DNA from: a virus
Virus record (IMG/VR): IMGVR_UViG_3300025466_000023
Coordinates: 17,519-81,518 of that record
Strand: one strand, 5' to 3'
Length of the DNA: 64,000 nt
Part shown: piece by piece, positions 28,429 through 36,893 of the stretch
Position numbering within the stretch: the stretch's first letter is position 1
How the letters are laid out: every line of letters begins with the position of its first letter
Program-made: the position numbers and the translations under genes
The notes under the pieces: model-generated
Told to the model about the DNA's origin: nothing
Database searches by the model: none
Seen by the model: only the letters and a program-made list of their open reading frames with translations

Positions 28429-28605
28429 CTATGCGTCTACAGTTATTACGTCCACGTCCACATCCACATCCTCTCCCTCATAGTCCGTTTGTATTTGCAC
28501 AATATGTGCATCGGCTAGCTCGCGTGTGCTAAAAGCGGCTACATTGTACATAGCGTCCTCGTCATCACCCCATCCGCGTACTTGTACTATATAAACTTTT
28601 TGCAT
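28429..28605 (-). CDS. Small acidic early protein (start ATG 28605)
   Basis: AAGGAG SD and own minus-strand promoter. Confidence 0.7.
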   Translation of the reverse strand: MQKVYIVQVRGWGDDEDAMYNVAAFSTRELADAHIVQIQTDYEGEDVDVDVDVITVDA

Positions 28606-28632
28606 GTCTGCTCCTTTAGTGTTTAAGCGTGT

Positions 28633-28661
28633 AGTATAACACAAAACAAAAGCCCTGTCAA
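28633..28661 (-). promoter_or_regulatory. Divergent sigma70 promoter
   Basis: TTGACA-N17-TATACT on the minus strand. Confidence 0.85.
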
Positions 28662-28761
28662 GTGTAGGGTCTTTGTGGCGTCTTTACACAACTTTACAAT
28701 TAAACTGTTGACAAACGGTAAAACCGGCAGTATAATAGAGACATAGTAAGAAGGAAAACAA

Positions 28762-28944
28762 ATGAAAATGACACTAAAAGAATTCGAAGCAAAGATGGAC
28801 AACTATGAGCTGGAAGATGCTTATGCAGAGTATATAATGGACAACTGTGGGGGACGTTATGTTGTATGTAACGGAGACACACTAATCAACGCAATGGAAA
28901 GTGGAATCTTTTACGAGGAGTTTATGGAAACAATGGTTGAGTAA
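28762..28944 (+). CDS. Hypothetical early protein
   Basis: Promoter plus AAGGA SD. Confidence 0.75.
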   Translation: MKMTLKEFEAKMDNYELEDAYAEYIMDNCGGRYVVCNGDTLINAMESGIFYEEFMETMVE

Positions 28945-29024
28945 ACTGTAGGGTTATTATAGCAAGCGGTTGACAAATGGTTTAACCGATCGTATAATAA
29001 AGACTTAGCAACAAAGGAGCACAT

Positions 29025-29096
29025 ATGGAATGTACACATTGTCGCAAGTGGCGCTGGAATGGATTTAAGAGCTGTCCTACAGCACCAAAGTCCTAG
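29025..29096 (+). CDS. 23-aa peptide MECTHCRKWRWNGFKSCPTAPKS
   Basis: Own promoter (28970) and AAGGAG SD; below the ORF-track cutoff. Confidence 0.6.
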   Translation: MECTHCRKWRWNGFKSCPTAPKS

Positions 29097-29165
29097 TAAA
29101 AAGAAAGGGTATTATAGCCCGGGGTTGACAAATGGTTAAACCGGTGCTATAATAAAGACATAGAC

Positions 29166-29358
29166 AGTTAGAAAAGCATTAAAGGTTACCTACACCACTA
29201 GGCGCCTAGAGAGATGGAAGCGTACCGACGGGTACCTGGTATCTAGGGCATGAAGGCTTCGAGCAACGGTGGATAAGGCAGGCAGTAATGACGAAGGCAC
29301 TAGCACTATAGACGGTATAGAGCAAGTAGTCCGGAGTTCCTTTAGTTCTTTTCTAACT
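29166..29358 (+). ncRNA. Candidate structured RNA, ~193 nt
   Basis: Directly after promoter 29125; no SD or ORF; ~20-bp terminal stem AGTTAGAAAAGcATTAAAGG/CCTTTAGTtCTTTTCTAACT. Confidence 0.65.
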
Positions 29359-29433
29359 AGCTAGTTACAGGGTGTTGGCCTGAGGGCTGAACATTAAACG
29401 AGGTGCTCGCTCAGCCCGCCCAATCTAATTCAA

Positions 29434-29508
29434 GCCGTGGTAGTCCTCGGGGAGGGCAACTGATTGTCTATCAGTATCAGGTGGGTTCGAGTCCCATCCA
29501 CGGCGCCA
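29434..29508 (+). tRNA. tRNA-Asp(GTC)
   Basis: GCCGTGG/CCACGGC acceptor, ACTGA-TTGTCTA-TCAGT, GTGGG-TTCGAGT-CCCAT, G discriminator, CCA. Confidence 0.88.
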
Positions 29509-29578
29509 TGTTTTTTTTGGTTGACAAGTGGTAAAACCTGTGTTATACTAATAGCACATTAACACTAAAGGAGCGAAG

Positions 29579-29785
29579 ATGTCAGGTATATACGATGCAG
29601 TTCAAAACCCGATCCCACGCAGTGGATTCTATGCAACTCCAGACAGTCTAGAGGACTTGATGGCTTACATTGGTTCAATGTCAGGTCCAGAGAGGGCAGT
29701 GGCAATGACCGTAGCAATGATGGCTCTCAACCTAAGCTACGAGTTGGTCGAGTCTAAGATCCTAAGCAAGGAGGTATTTGTATGA
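29579..29785 (+). CDS. Hypothetical early protein
   Basis: Promoter plus AAGGAG SD. Confidence 0.75.
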   Translation: MSGIYDAVQNPIPRSGFYATPDSLEDLMAYIGSMSGPERAVAMTVAMMALNLSYELVESKILSKEVFV

Positions 29786-30006
29786 AAACAATAACAACGC
29801 TACGCAATGGCAACTTATACGAGATGTCTATCACAGAAGCTATAGAGATCGTAGAAACCTACAAACGAGTTAACGGTCATCCTGGGGTCTTAGAAGCGGT
29901 CATAGAGATGGGCGACTTGGTTGCCTTAGACGAGCTCCCCACCATCCAGAAGGTGGCCTATCGTAGATTTATGAAGGATATGCAGGCTTTGTTTGCTCCG
30001 GCCTAA
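29782..30006 (+). CDS. Hypothetical early protein
   Basis: GGAGG SD, ATGA overlap. Confidence 0.7.
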   Translation: MKTITTLRNGNLYEMSITEAIEIVETYKRVNGHPGVLEAVIEMGDLVALDELPTIQKVAYRRFMKDMQALFAPA

Positions 30007-30064
30007 GGGCCTTTAATCCAGGCAGGGAATCAACCGTAAGACCTGGATCTTTTTACACACACAT

Positions 30065-30262
30065 ATGATTAGAATCGATCCCACACTGAATCCACTCGAG
30101 GTCATCATCGTGACCGAACACATGCGAGAGCGGGGCAAAGAGCACTATCAACTCCTACCCGGCAACCGTTGTATTTGGGCCACATCAGGCTCAAGTTCTT
30201 GCCCTATCAACGAATATTTTATCTTTAGAGATGGAAAACTGGTTGACATACAGATAGACTGA
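30065..30262 (+). CDS. Hypothetical early protein
   Basis: 65-aa ORF in the co-oriented run. Confidence 0.6.
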   Translation: MIRIDPTLNPLEVIIVTEHMRERGKEHYQLLPGNRCIWATSGSSSCPINEYFIFRDGKLVDIQID

Positions 30263-30301
30263 TGTTATACTACACATACACTGAAACTAAAGGAGCATGA
30301 T

Positions 30302-30526
30302 ATGGAACTAGCAACACGCGAACTATACGATCAACGCCACGGCGGACCTTTTGATAGGGGTTCAGCTGATTCATGGTATGGTCGTGCATTTGATCCGCAC
30401 TACTACGTCGAAGGCACAGCCACTAGCACTAGAGTCGGACTTGCTGGGATGACAGCTGAAGAAATCACAGCCTATTCCGCTGGTTACAGCTGGAACGAGA
30501 AGTTTGGCGGTAAAAAAGAATACTAA
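30302..30526 (+). CDS. Hypothetical early protein
   Basis: Promoter plus AAGGAG; RHGGPFDRGSADSWYGR. Confidence 0.8.
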   Translation: MELATRELYDQRHGGPFDRGSADSWYGRAFDPHYYVEGTATSTRVGLAGMTAEEITAYSAGYSWNEKFGGKKEY

Positions 30527-30585
30527 ATGGTTGACAAATGGTTTAACCGGCAGTATAATATACACATACACTAAGAAGGAGCGAT

Positions 30586-30849
30586 ATGAACATTAGCACA
30601 CTAGAATCCTATGTAGAACAGCAAAATCGCTGGGGTTCGATCTTTGGTCAGGCGCAACTGAGTCTGCTGTCCGCAGAAGATCGCCAGCGTATCGCAGATC
30701 GCATCGAAGCAGATCTTTCACCCGAGAACCTCACATGCGATGGTGAGTTAAGCAGGTCTGCTGTAACAGCTCGTTACAACTTGTTGACGAGGGCCGCTCA
30801 AGAGCTGGCTAGCATTGACCCTAATGTAGTTTTCTGTGACTTTATCTAA
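30586..30849 (+). CDS. Hypothetical early protein
   Basis: Promoter plus AAGGAG; LSPENLTCDGEL. Confidence 0.8.
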   Translation: MNISTLESYVEQQNRWGSIFGQAQLSLLSAEDRQRIADRIEADLSPENLTCDGELSRSAVTARYNLLTRAAQELASIDPNVVFCDFI

Positions 30850-30858
30850 GGAGATATT

Positions 30859-31443
30859 ATGCCAAATTGGTGCAACAACGTCATCGAAGTAAGCCATATC
30901 GATCGATCAAAGATGGAGGCTCTTGTGGCCGCAGTTAATGATCACAACTTCTTCAAGCATGTGATTCCTATTCCTGAGGGTCTGGATATCGTAGCAGGTC
31001 GAGTAGGGGCCGATGACAATGCAGAGCAGATCGCCCTAGAGGCCCAAGAGAAACTCAACGAAGAACGTCACGGTTACAAGAACTGGTATGACTTTTGCGT
31101 TAATGAGTGGGGAACCAAGTGGGATACAGACGCTTATGATACTGTGATACTCCCAGAGGACAGTAACAAGGTTACCTTTGGCTTTGACACAGCGTGGGGA
31201 CCGGCTACAGGTGTCTATGATGCCTTGATGGATCAAGGGTTCGCAGTTCGTGCCTATTACTATGAGCCTGGCATGGCTTTCTGCGGAATACACGATGAGA
31301 ACGGTGATGAGACCTATGACATCGGTGGCTATACATCGGAGACCATCAAGGATGCGATCCCTGAAGAATTAGACGAGATGTTCGCTATCTCAGAGGTTAT
31401 GGCTGAATACGAAGCCGAAGAGGAAGTTAATGAAGACGAATGA
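30859..31443 (+). CDS. DUF1281/YubB-like protein
   Basis: MPNWCNN...WYDFCVNEWGTKWD...FDTAWGP...YYEPGMAFCG. Confidence 0.8.
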   Translation: MPNWCNNVIEVSHIDRSKMEALVAAVNDHNFFKHVIPIPEGLDIVAGRVGADDNAEQIALEAQEKLNEERHGYKNWYDFCVNEWGTKWDTDAYDTVILPEDSNKVTFGFDTAWGPATGVYDALMDQGFAVRAYYYEPGMAFCGIHDENGDETYDIGGYTSETIKDAIPEELDEMFAISEVMAEYEAEEEVNEDE

Positions 31444-31657
31444 AGTCATTCAATGGTTGGGTGCCCTTGGGATCATAGGAGGGCACCTCCTTAACTCGAT
31501 GGGCCCAGAGTACTATCCGTGGAACATAGTCAGCTTCTTTACGGGCACGTGCTTGTTCATGGTTTGGTGTATACGTGTGGGAAATAAGCCACAGTTAGCT
31601 GTCAACGTTGTGGCTTTTTTGCTAGGCGTAATAGGATTAATCCGCGCATTTGGTTGA
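31430..31657 (+). CDS. Small membrane protein
   Basis: Three hydrophobic segments; YPWN. Confidence 0.7.
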   Translation: MKTNEVIQWLGALGIIGGHLLNSMGPEYYPWNIVSFFTGTCLFMVWCIRVGNKPQLAVNVVAFLLGVIGLIRAFG

Positions 31658-31712
31658 CAACTGGTAAAACCTGTAGTATACTATAGACATATTAACACAG
31701 TAAGGAGCTGAA

Positions 31713-32198
31713 ATGGGAACACGCAGTCGTATCGCAGTAATGCATGGTGATGTTTGCAAAAGCGTTTATTGTCATTGGGATGGCTATCTCGAACACAACG
31801 GAGAGATCCTCGCACAGCACTATGATTCAACAAAGGCCAACAACTTGGTCGCGCTGGGGGATCTCAGTAGCCTACGAGCTGAGATTGGTGAGAAGCACGC
31901 CTTTAGTCGACTTGAAACACCAATGGATGACGAGGCCTACGAAAAGCTCTACGGCAACATGACCACGTTCTACGGACGTGATCGTGGCGAAGAAAACACT
32001 AGCTGGAAAGTAGCACATTCATTTGAAGAGTTCCTCGAGCAGGTTCACAACTGTGGTGCTGAGTTCTACTACGTGATGAAGGATGAAGTATGGTACGCTG
32101 GCGCTGTATATGAAACAGCCGGCGTAATTAAGGAAGGTCTTGTACCTCTCACAGAGGCTCTCAAGACAGTTAACGTGGAGGAGACTGTAAATGGGTAA
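31713..32198 (+). CDS. Phage hypothetical protein
   Basis: MGTRSRIAV...SVYCHWDGY; promoter plus SD. Confidence 0.8.
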   Translation: MGTRSRIAVMHGDVCKSVYCHWDGYLEHNGEILAQHYDSTKANNLVALGDLSSLRAEIGEKHAFSRLETPMDDEAYEKLYGNMTTFYGRDRGEENTSWKVAHSFEEFLEQVHNCGAEFYYVMKDEVWYAGAVYETAGVIKEGLVPLTEALKTVNVEETVNG

Positions 32199-32325
32199 CT
32201 TTATTCTAGGAGTATTGATCACGCTGGCCATTCTTTACCCTGCGGTAACCAAAGAGTGGTTTGGCAAGGCTGTAGACACAACTAATTCAGTAGCAACTAG
32301 CGTAATTAAGGAGAACACAAAATGA
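32191..32325 (+). CDS. 44-aa membrane-anchored peptide
   Basis: GGAGG SD; MGNFILGVLITLAILYPAV...; stop overlaps the next ATG. Confidence 0.6.
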   Translation: MGNFILGVLITLAILYPAVTKEWFGKAVDTTNSVATSVIKENTK

Positions 32326-32504
32326 GTAGATTTGCACAGACGTACGAAGATCCCGAGTACGAATACGAGAGTTCAGACGATGAATCCACGTGGCAGGATG
32401 TTGATACAGCGCCATTGGGTGAGATCGTCGACAACTGGGTACGCTTGACTGTGGCAGAAAAGCAACAGGAAGCATACAGTCCGTTCCAAACAAGCAACTC
32501 ATAG
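32322..32504 (+). CDS. Small acidic protein
   Basis: AAGGAG SD. Confidence 0.65.
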   Translation: MSRFAQTYEDPEYEYESSDDESTWQDVDTAPLGEIVDNWVRLTVAEKQQEAYSPFQTSNS

Positions 32505-32591
32505 GGGTTGACATTTGGGCATTTTGGTAGTATACTATTAATAGTTAGAAATAGTTCTAACGTTTTTTAATCACACACACAGGAGTTTTAT

Positions 32592-32933
32592 ATGAGTAAT
32601 TTGTATTCACATGCAGGCGTTTCGTCTTACAATGGCGAGACCAAGGTTCGTTTCGCGAATGATGCGTTACGTGTCAAAGTACTTGCCAAGAACGGTCACA
32701 AGGACATCGATATCGTTGAGTTACGTGAGCCTATGACCAAGGAAGCCGCTGTAGCGTTCCTCTTGTCGATCAACTTCGACAATGGTAACAAGGTTGTACG
32801 TGCGGCCTTAGAAGCCGCGGCTGATAAGCGTGGCGTTGCTATTCCTGCAACTAAGCCAGCTAAAGCTGTCAAGGCCAAGGCAACTGCTGTTGCTGAAGCT
32901 GTTGTTGCTGAAGCAGAACCTGCATTGATGTAA
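32592..32933 (+). CDS. Hypothetical protein with Ala/Lys-rich tail
   Basis: Promoter, AGGAG SD. Confidence 0.8.
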   Translation: MSNLYSHAGVSSYNGETKVRFANDALRVKVLAKNGHKDIDIVELREPMTKEAAVAFLLSINFDNGNKVVRAALEAAADKRGVAIPATKPAKAVKAKATAVAEAVVAEAEPALM

Positions 32934-33136
32934 TGGAAGCGGTACGTGAAACTACCGATTGGGGCTCTAACAAGTGCGCTAATCACACGTACCTCCTGGA
33001 CGGTACAGCACTAGTCGGCTATATTAAAGCCAATGAAACTGTACCGTTCTTCTTCAAACAACCACTCAAGGGTTTCGATAAACGGTACAGAACCTTTGAA
33101 AAGCTAAAGACTAACCCGTTTAAGGAATATCTATGA
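32933..33136 (+). CDS. Hypothetical protein
   Basis: TAATG overlap. Confidence 0.65.
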   Translation: MEAVRETTDWGSNKCANHTYLLDGTALVGYIKANETVPFFFKQPLKGFDKRYRTFEKLKTNPFKEYL

Positions 33137-33330
33137 AAACCATTTTATCAATCATCGGGATCATTGCATTCGTCATCCTGATTATCATCATCGGGCCGCT
33201 GTTGACGATCTGGGCGTTTGATACCCTGTTCCCAGCACTAGCTATCCCATACACTATCTCTAATTGGTTCGCTGTCATCATCTTAGGAGCATTCTTCCGT
33301 GCAAATGTTTCGATCAAAAAGAAAGACTGA
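33133..33330 (+). CDS. Small membrane protein
   Basis: Hydrophobic, GPLLTIWA.DTLFP.LAIPY. Confidence 0.7.
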   Translation: MKTILSIIGIIAFVILIIIIGPLLTIWAFDTLFPALAIPYTISNWFAVIILGAFFRANVSIKKKD

Positions 33331-33757
33331 ATACGTAACCCCAGAGATCTTCAAGGACTGGTCTAATTCGGGCCACGAGCTGGAGAATATAGGTTGCCGA
33401 CTTGATGCTGTCAGAGAAACGCTCGATAGGCTCTCAAAGAAAGATCTACCTGATGATCACTGGGCGATCAATCGCTGGAAGACCGTCGAATCCATCCTGA
33501 CACGCAAGTGGCAACACACAGTCAAGATGAAAGACGTCGGTCTCAGGCAGATCAAGCTCGCAGGCCGTGATTCGGGTCCCAAGATCCGATACGATTGGTG
33601 GGAACCTTCAGAAGAAGTAGCGGTCACGCTACCACTATTTGATGCATTCTACAGACTGATCACTGAAAGTTTTGGAATTCAGCAGGGTAGCCTAGAACGA
33701 GCTTGGCAAATGGCAAAACAAGAGCAATTGGAGAAAGCACGCCGCGGTTTGGCATAA
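33299..33757 (+). CDS. Hypothetical protein (start uncertain)
   Basis: Fills the gap in the co-oriented run. Confidence 0.6.
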   Translation: MQMFRSKRKTEYVTPEIFKDWSNSGHELENIGCRLDAVRETLDRLSKKDLPDDHWAINRWKTVESILTRKWQHTVKMKDVGLRQIKLAGRDSGPKIRYDWWEPSEEVAVTLPLFDAFYRLITESFGIQQGSLERAWQMAKQEQLEKARRGLA

Positions 33758-33842
33758 TTAACCGTTGACATTTAGAATGTGTTCATTTACAATAGTACTA
33801 CGTTGGTAGTAACCAACAATACACATTAAGAGGATTATAATA

Positions 33843-34112
33843 ATGAAACGTATTAACTTAGAAACTAAAACAGGTAAGGTTTTTTCAATGTTGCAAGCTG
33901 GTCAAAAGTTGACAGCTAGCCAAGCTAAGAAGCATGGTATTGGTAATTTGGCCGCAGAAGCATCACGTCTTCGCCAAGCTGGTTACGCAGTCTACGCTAA
34001 CTCACGCAAGGCTAACAACGGCGTTGAAGTTACAGAATATGAGTTGGGTAAGCCATCACGTGAGATCGTAGCCTTGGGTTACAAAGCTCGCGCAATGGGC
34101 ATCACGCTCTAA
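33843..34112 (+). CDS. Putative winged-helix DNA-binding protein
   Basis: LQAGQKLTASQAKKHGIGNLAAEASRLRQAGYAVY; own promoter and terminator. Confidence 0.65.
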   Translation: MKRINLETKTGKVFSMLQAGQKLTASQAKKHGIGNLAAEASRLRQAGYAVYANSRKANNGVEVTEYELGKPSREIVALGYKARAMGITL

Positions 34113-34166
34113 ACGAGTCGCGACAGCGACATTCGCTCCAAGTCCGGGGGTAGTGTCCCGGCATCC

Positions 34167-34207
34167 GAACCCTAGCCTATCGTGAGATAGGCCGGGGTTC
34201 ACCTTTT
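34167..34207 (+). terminator. Intrinsic terminator
   Basis: GAACCCtaGCCTATC-GTGA-GATAGGCcgGGGTTC then ACCTTTT. Confidence 0.7.
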
Positions 34208-34293
34208 GTGGCTAAAATACAACACCAAAAGAGGTTGACATTTGGTTAAACCGAAGGTATAATGTACACATACACTAACAAAACGGAGCAGAA

Positions 34294-34635
34294 ATGAAAT
34301 TACACATCGTAACGCAGTACATGGAGAACTATGGTGCCCACGATTGGGATGGCGAGGGTGAGTGCCCACAACGTTGGAAGTTCAAGGGCGGTGAGGACTA
34401 TTTCTATCAGTTGGGCGCAGTAGAACCATCCGCTGAACACGTCGAAGAACTAGTCTTCGCTCTACGTGGTCAGATCGAGTGGGATGACCTGGGATCTCGT
34501 CAGTACATCACCGGCTACGGCCTTGTGGAAGATTCATTCATGACCGAGTTCGAGAAGAGCCAGCTGGAGTATGAAGGGGAGATCACCTACCCTGCCAAGC
34601 GATTAACCCTAGAGGTTGACAGGGCTTTGATTTGA
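34294..34635 (+). CDS. Phage hypothetical protein
   Basis: TQYMENYGAHDWDGEGECPQRWKFKGG; promoter plus SD. Confidence 0.8.
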   Translation: MKLHIVTQYMENYGAHDWDGEGECPQRWKFKGGEDYFYQLGAVEPSAEHVEELVFALRGQIEWDDLGSRQYITGYGLVEDSFMTEFEKSQLEYEGEITYPAKRLTLEVDRALI

Positions 34636-34674
34636 AGCTATACTACACAGACACTAACAACTTAGGAGCAACAG

Positions 34675-34758
34675 ATGTCAACAACAGCGATCATAATAGC
34701 AACATTCGTAGTTACAGCGATCTTCGCATTCAAATGCTGGTTAATCACTAAACTCTAA
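34675..34758 (+). CDS. 27-aa hydrophobic peptide MSTTAIIIATFVVTAIFAFKCWLITKL
   Basis: Own promoter (34616), AGGAG SD. Confidence 0.65.
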   Translation: MSTTAIIIATFVVTAIFAFKCWLITKL

Positions 34759-34767
34759 GGAGCACAT

Positions 34768-34980
34768 ATGAAAGTTATCGTTACTACCACCCTAAACCAA
34801 GAGTTGGAAGTACCTGACAACTGGGATCGATTGGATGTGTTTGATTTCCTAGCTGAATGCCAGAGTTTTCGCACAGCGTTCCAGGGAGTTTCTAACGAAG
34901 ATCAAACAGCTCGTATCGTCGACCTCCACGTGGTAACCGAAGAAGTCCTAGAGCTGGGAGAAGAAGCATTTGACGATTAG
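34768..34980 (+). CDS. Hypothetical acidic protein
   Basis: AAGGAG SD. Confidence 0.75.
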   Translation: MKVIVTTTLNQELEVPDNWDRLDVFDFLAECQSFRTAFQGVSNEDQTARIVDLHVVTEEVLELGEEAFDD

Positions 34981-35041
34981 GGGTTGACAACTGGTAAAAC
35001 CTGTAGTATACTACACAAACACTGAAACTAAAGGAGCAGAA

Positions 35042-35359
35042 ATGAAAGAACTAGAAACTAAATCAGCAGGCTATTTCGCAGTAGCCGCGGCAATTGATGC
35101 ACAGCGCCGCAATTCAAACAACAAGAGCTCATACACGCAAGAACAGATTCGCCAGGCTGTTACAGCTCGCGACTTGTTAGACACAGCGTTTTCTTACTCA
35201 AAGCTCTACATTAACTATCGCAAGAAGTTTATCGCTATCAAAGCAGAAGGTGCCCGTGCTAAAGATGCACTAGCTCGTGAGGTTGTTAAACTGTTTGAGA
35301 GCAACGGCTACGGTGTTGTATCTACGCCACAGGGCATGATCGTCCGTATTGACAAGTAA
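35042..35359 (+). CDS. Hypothetical early protein
   Basis: Promoter plus AAGGAG SD. Confidence 0.78.
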   Translation: MKELETKSAGYFAVAAAIDAQRRNSNNKSSYTQEQIRQAVTARDLLDTAFSYSKLYINYRKKFIAIKAEGARAKDALAREVVKLFESNGYGVVSTPQGMIVRIDK

Positions 35360-35406
35360 GGTAAAACCTGTTATACTACACAAACACTGAAACTAAAGGA
35401 GCAACT

Positions 35407-35502
35407 ATGCAAGACGTTTTATACTTTCTTTATATGACACAAGAGCTTTGGATCTTCCTAGCTATTCTTTTAACAGCAATCATCATCGTCGAAGGAGTTT
35501 GA
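35407..35502 (+). CDS. 31-aa hydrophobic peptide MQDVLYFLYMTQELWIFLAILLTAIIIVEGV
   Basis: Own promoter (35349), AAGGAG SD. Confidence 0.65.
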   Translation: MQDVLYFLYMTQELWIFLAILLTAIIIVEGV

Positions 35503-35503
35503 T

Positions 35504-35848
35504 ATGAAGGGTTTCTCTAAAGAGCAGATCATTTCTGCAGTTCAAGGTGCTATCCAAGAGGCTCAGATCGCGGCACGCCAGGTCTATGCCCAGGTGGGTG
35601 AACGTGATGCCTGTGGCTTTGGTTGGGTTGAGATCTATGTGGGTCGCACCAACTCTAAAGAAGCTAAGGCACTGATCGAAGCTGGCTTCCGCAAGGACTA
35701 CAAGCCTAAGTGCCTTACATTCTGGGATCCAGCGGGTCTTGGCACACAGAGCGTGAGCGTCAAAGAAGCGGGAGCAGAAGCCTTTGCTCGTTACTTTAAG
35801 GCCATGTTCCCCGAGGCCAAGATCTACGGTTGTAGCAGATTGGATTGA
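35504..35848 (+). CDS. Hypothetical early protein
   Basis: AAGGAG SD; DACGFGWV. Confidence 0.78.
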   Translation: MKGFSKEQIISAVQGAIQEAQIAARQVYAQVGERDACGFGWVEIYVGRTNSKEAKALIEAGFRKDYKPKCLTFWDPAGLGTQSVSVKEAGAEAFARYFKAMFPEAKIYGCSRLD

Positions 35849-35931
35849 TGTTGTAAAAATACAACGGGGAGTTGGTTGACAAGGCCAACTTTCCCCAGTA
35901 TAATACACACATACACTACAAAGGAGCGACA

Positions 35932-36636
35932 ATGTTCAAGTTACTGTCTACAGCAAATCCCAAGATCCAAAAGGGTACAGCAAAAGGTTATCTGTCATTT
36001 ATTCTGCACCTTGCGCCAGCAGACTTGAGCGGTCGTGAAGTATGCCCTAAGCGTACAGCTGGTTGCACGGCGGCCTGTCTCAATACAGCGGGCAGAGGTG
36101 GTATGTTCAAGCGCGGTGAAACAACTAACGTGATACAGCAGGCTCGTATACGCAAGACCCAATTGTTCTTCGCAGACAGAACCACATTCTTTAACTATCT
36201 CACGCAAGATATCCAAAAGGCTCTATCAATGGCCAAGAAGCTGGGACTCAAGCCCGTGTTCCGCTTGAATGGAACTAGTGACTTGAGCTGGGAGAAATAT
36301 ACCATAGCAGACACTGGCTTGAACATCTTTGAAATGTTCCCAGAAGTACAGTTCTATGACTATACCAAAGTACTTGGGCGCAAGGTCAAGGACATTAATA
36401 ACTATCACCTTACATTCAGCAGAGCAGACGGCAATGCCGCAGATGTTCCCAAAGCGGTTGCTCAGGGCATGAACGTAGCAGTGGTCTACGACGAGATCCC
36501 CGAGAATGTATTCTCAGCGGACGAAGATGACTTGCGCTTCTTGGATCCCAAGGTAGGCGTCATCGGACTCAAAGCCAAAGGTCGTGCCAAGAAGGACACT
36601 ACAGGTTTCGTAATCCGCATCAAGGTCTTAGCATGA
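35932..36636 (+). CDS. GP88-like phage protein (start ATG 35932)
   Basis: LHLAPA...CPKRTAGCTAACLNTAGRG, RLNGTSDL.WE, QFYDYTK, NYHLTFS, DLRFLDP. Confidence 0.75.
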   Translation: MFKLLSTANPKIQKGTAKGYLSFILHLAPADLSGREVCPKRTAGCTAACLNTAGRGGMFKRGETTNVIQQARIRKTQLFFADRTTFFNYLTQDIQKALSMAKKLGLKPVFRLNGTSDLSWEKYTIADTGLNIFEMFPEVQFYDYTKVLGRKVKDINNYHLTFSRADGNAADVPKAVAQGMNVAVVYDEIPENVFSADEDDLRFLDPKVGVIGLKAKGRAKKDTTGFVIRIKVLA

Positions 36637-36854
36637 TAGAGATCAACGGACTAACCCAACGGCAACGCAAGATCGCAGACGTGCTTTGGATGATGAATGG
36701 CCGGGAGGCCGTTCTCAGCTTTATCAACAGTCTAGAAGCTGATACCAAGCGAGATGCTGAAGTAGTGCTCAACATGATGGTCGCGGCCGTCATGGATGAG
36801 ATCGAAACTGTGGAGCCAGAAACACAAGAACTCATTGACAAATTCCGAAACTGA
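36633..36854 (+). CDS. Hypothetical protein
   Basis: ATGA overlap. Confidence 0.7.
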   Translation: MIEINGLTQRQRKIADVLWMMNGREAVLSFINSLEADTKRDAEVVLNMMVAAVMDEIETVEPETQELIDKFRN

Positions 36855-36893
36855 CAGTATAATACACATTTACACACTAAGAAAGGTAATTTA

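Noticed and set aside
28344-28532. 62-aa plus-strand ORF
   Set aside because: No SD; it overlaps the structured RNA, the terminator and the promoter-supported minus-strand gene.
28700-36870. Recurring promoter/leader sequence as a CRISPR-like or guide-RNA array
   Set aside because: Spacing is irregular, the intervals are genes with SD sites, and the repeat is explained by -35/-10 boxes.
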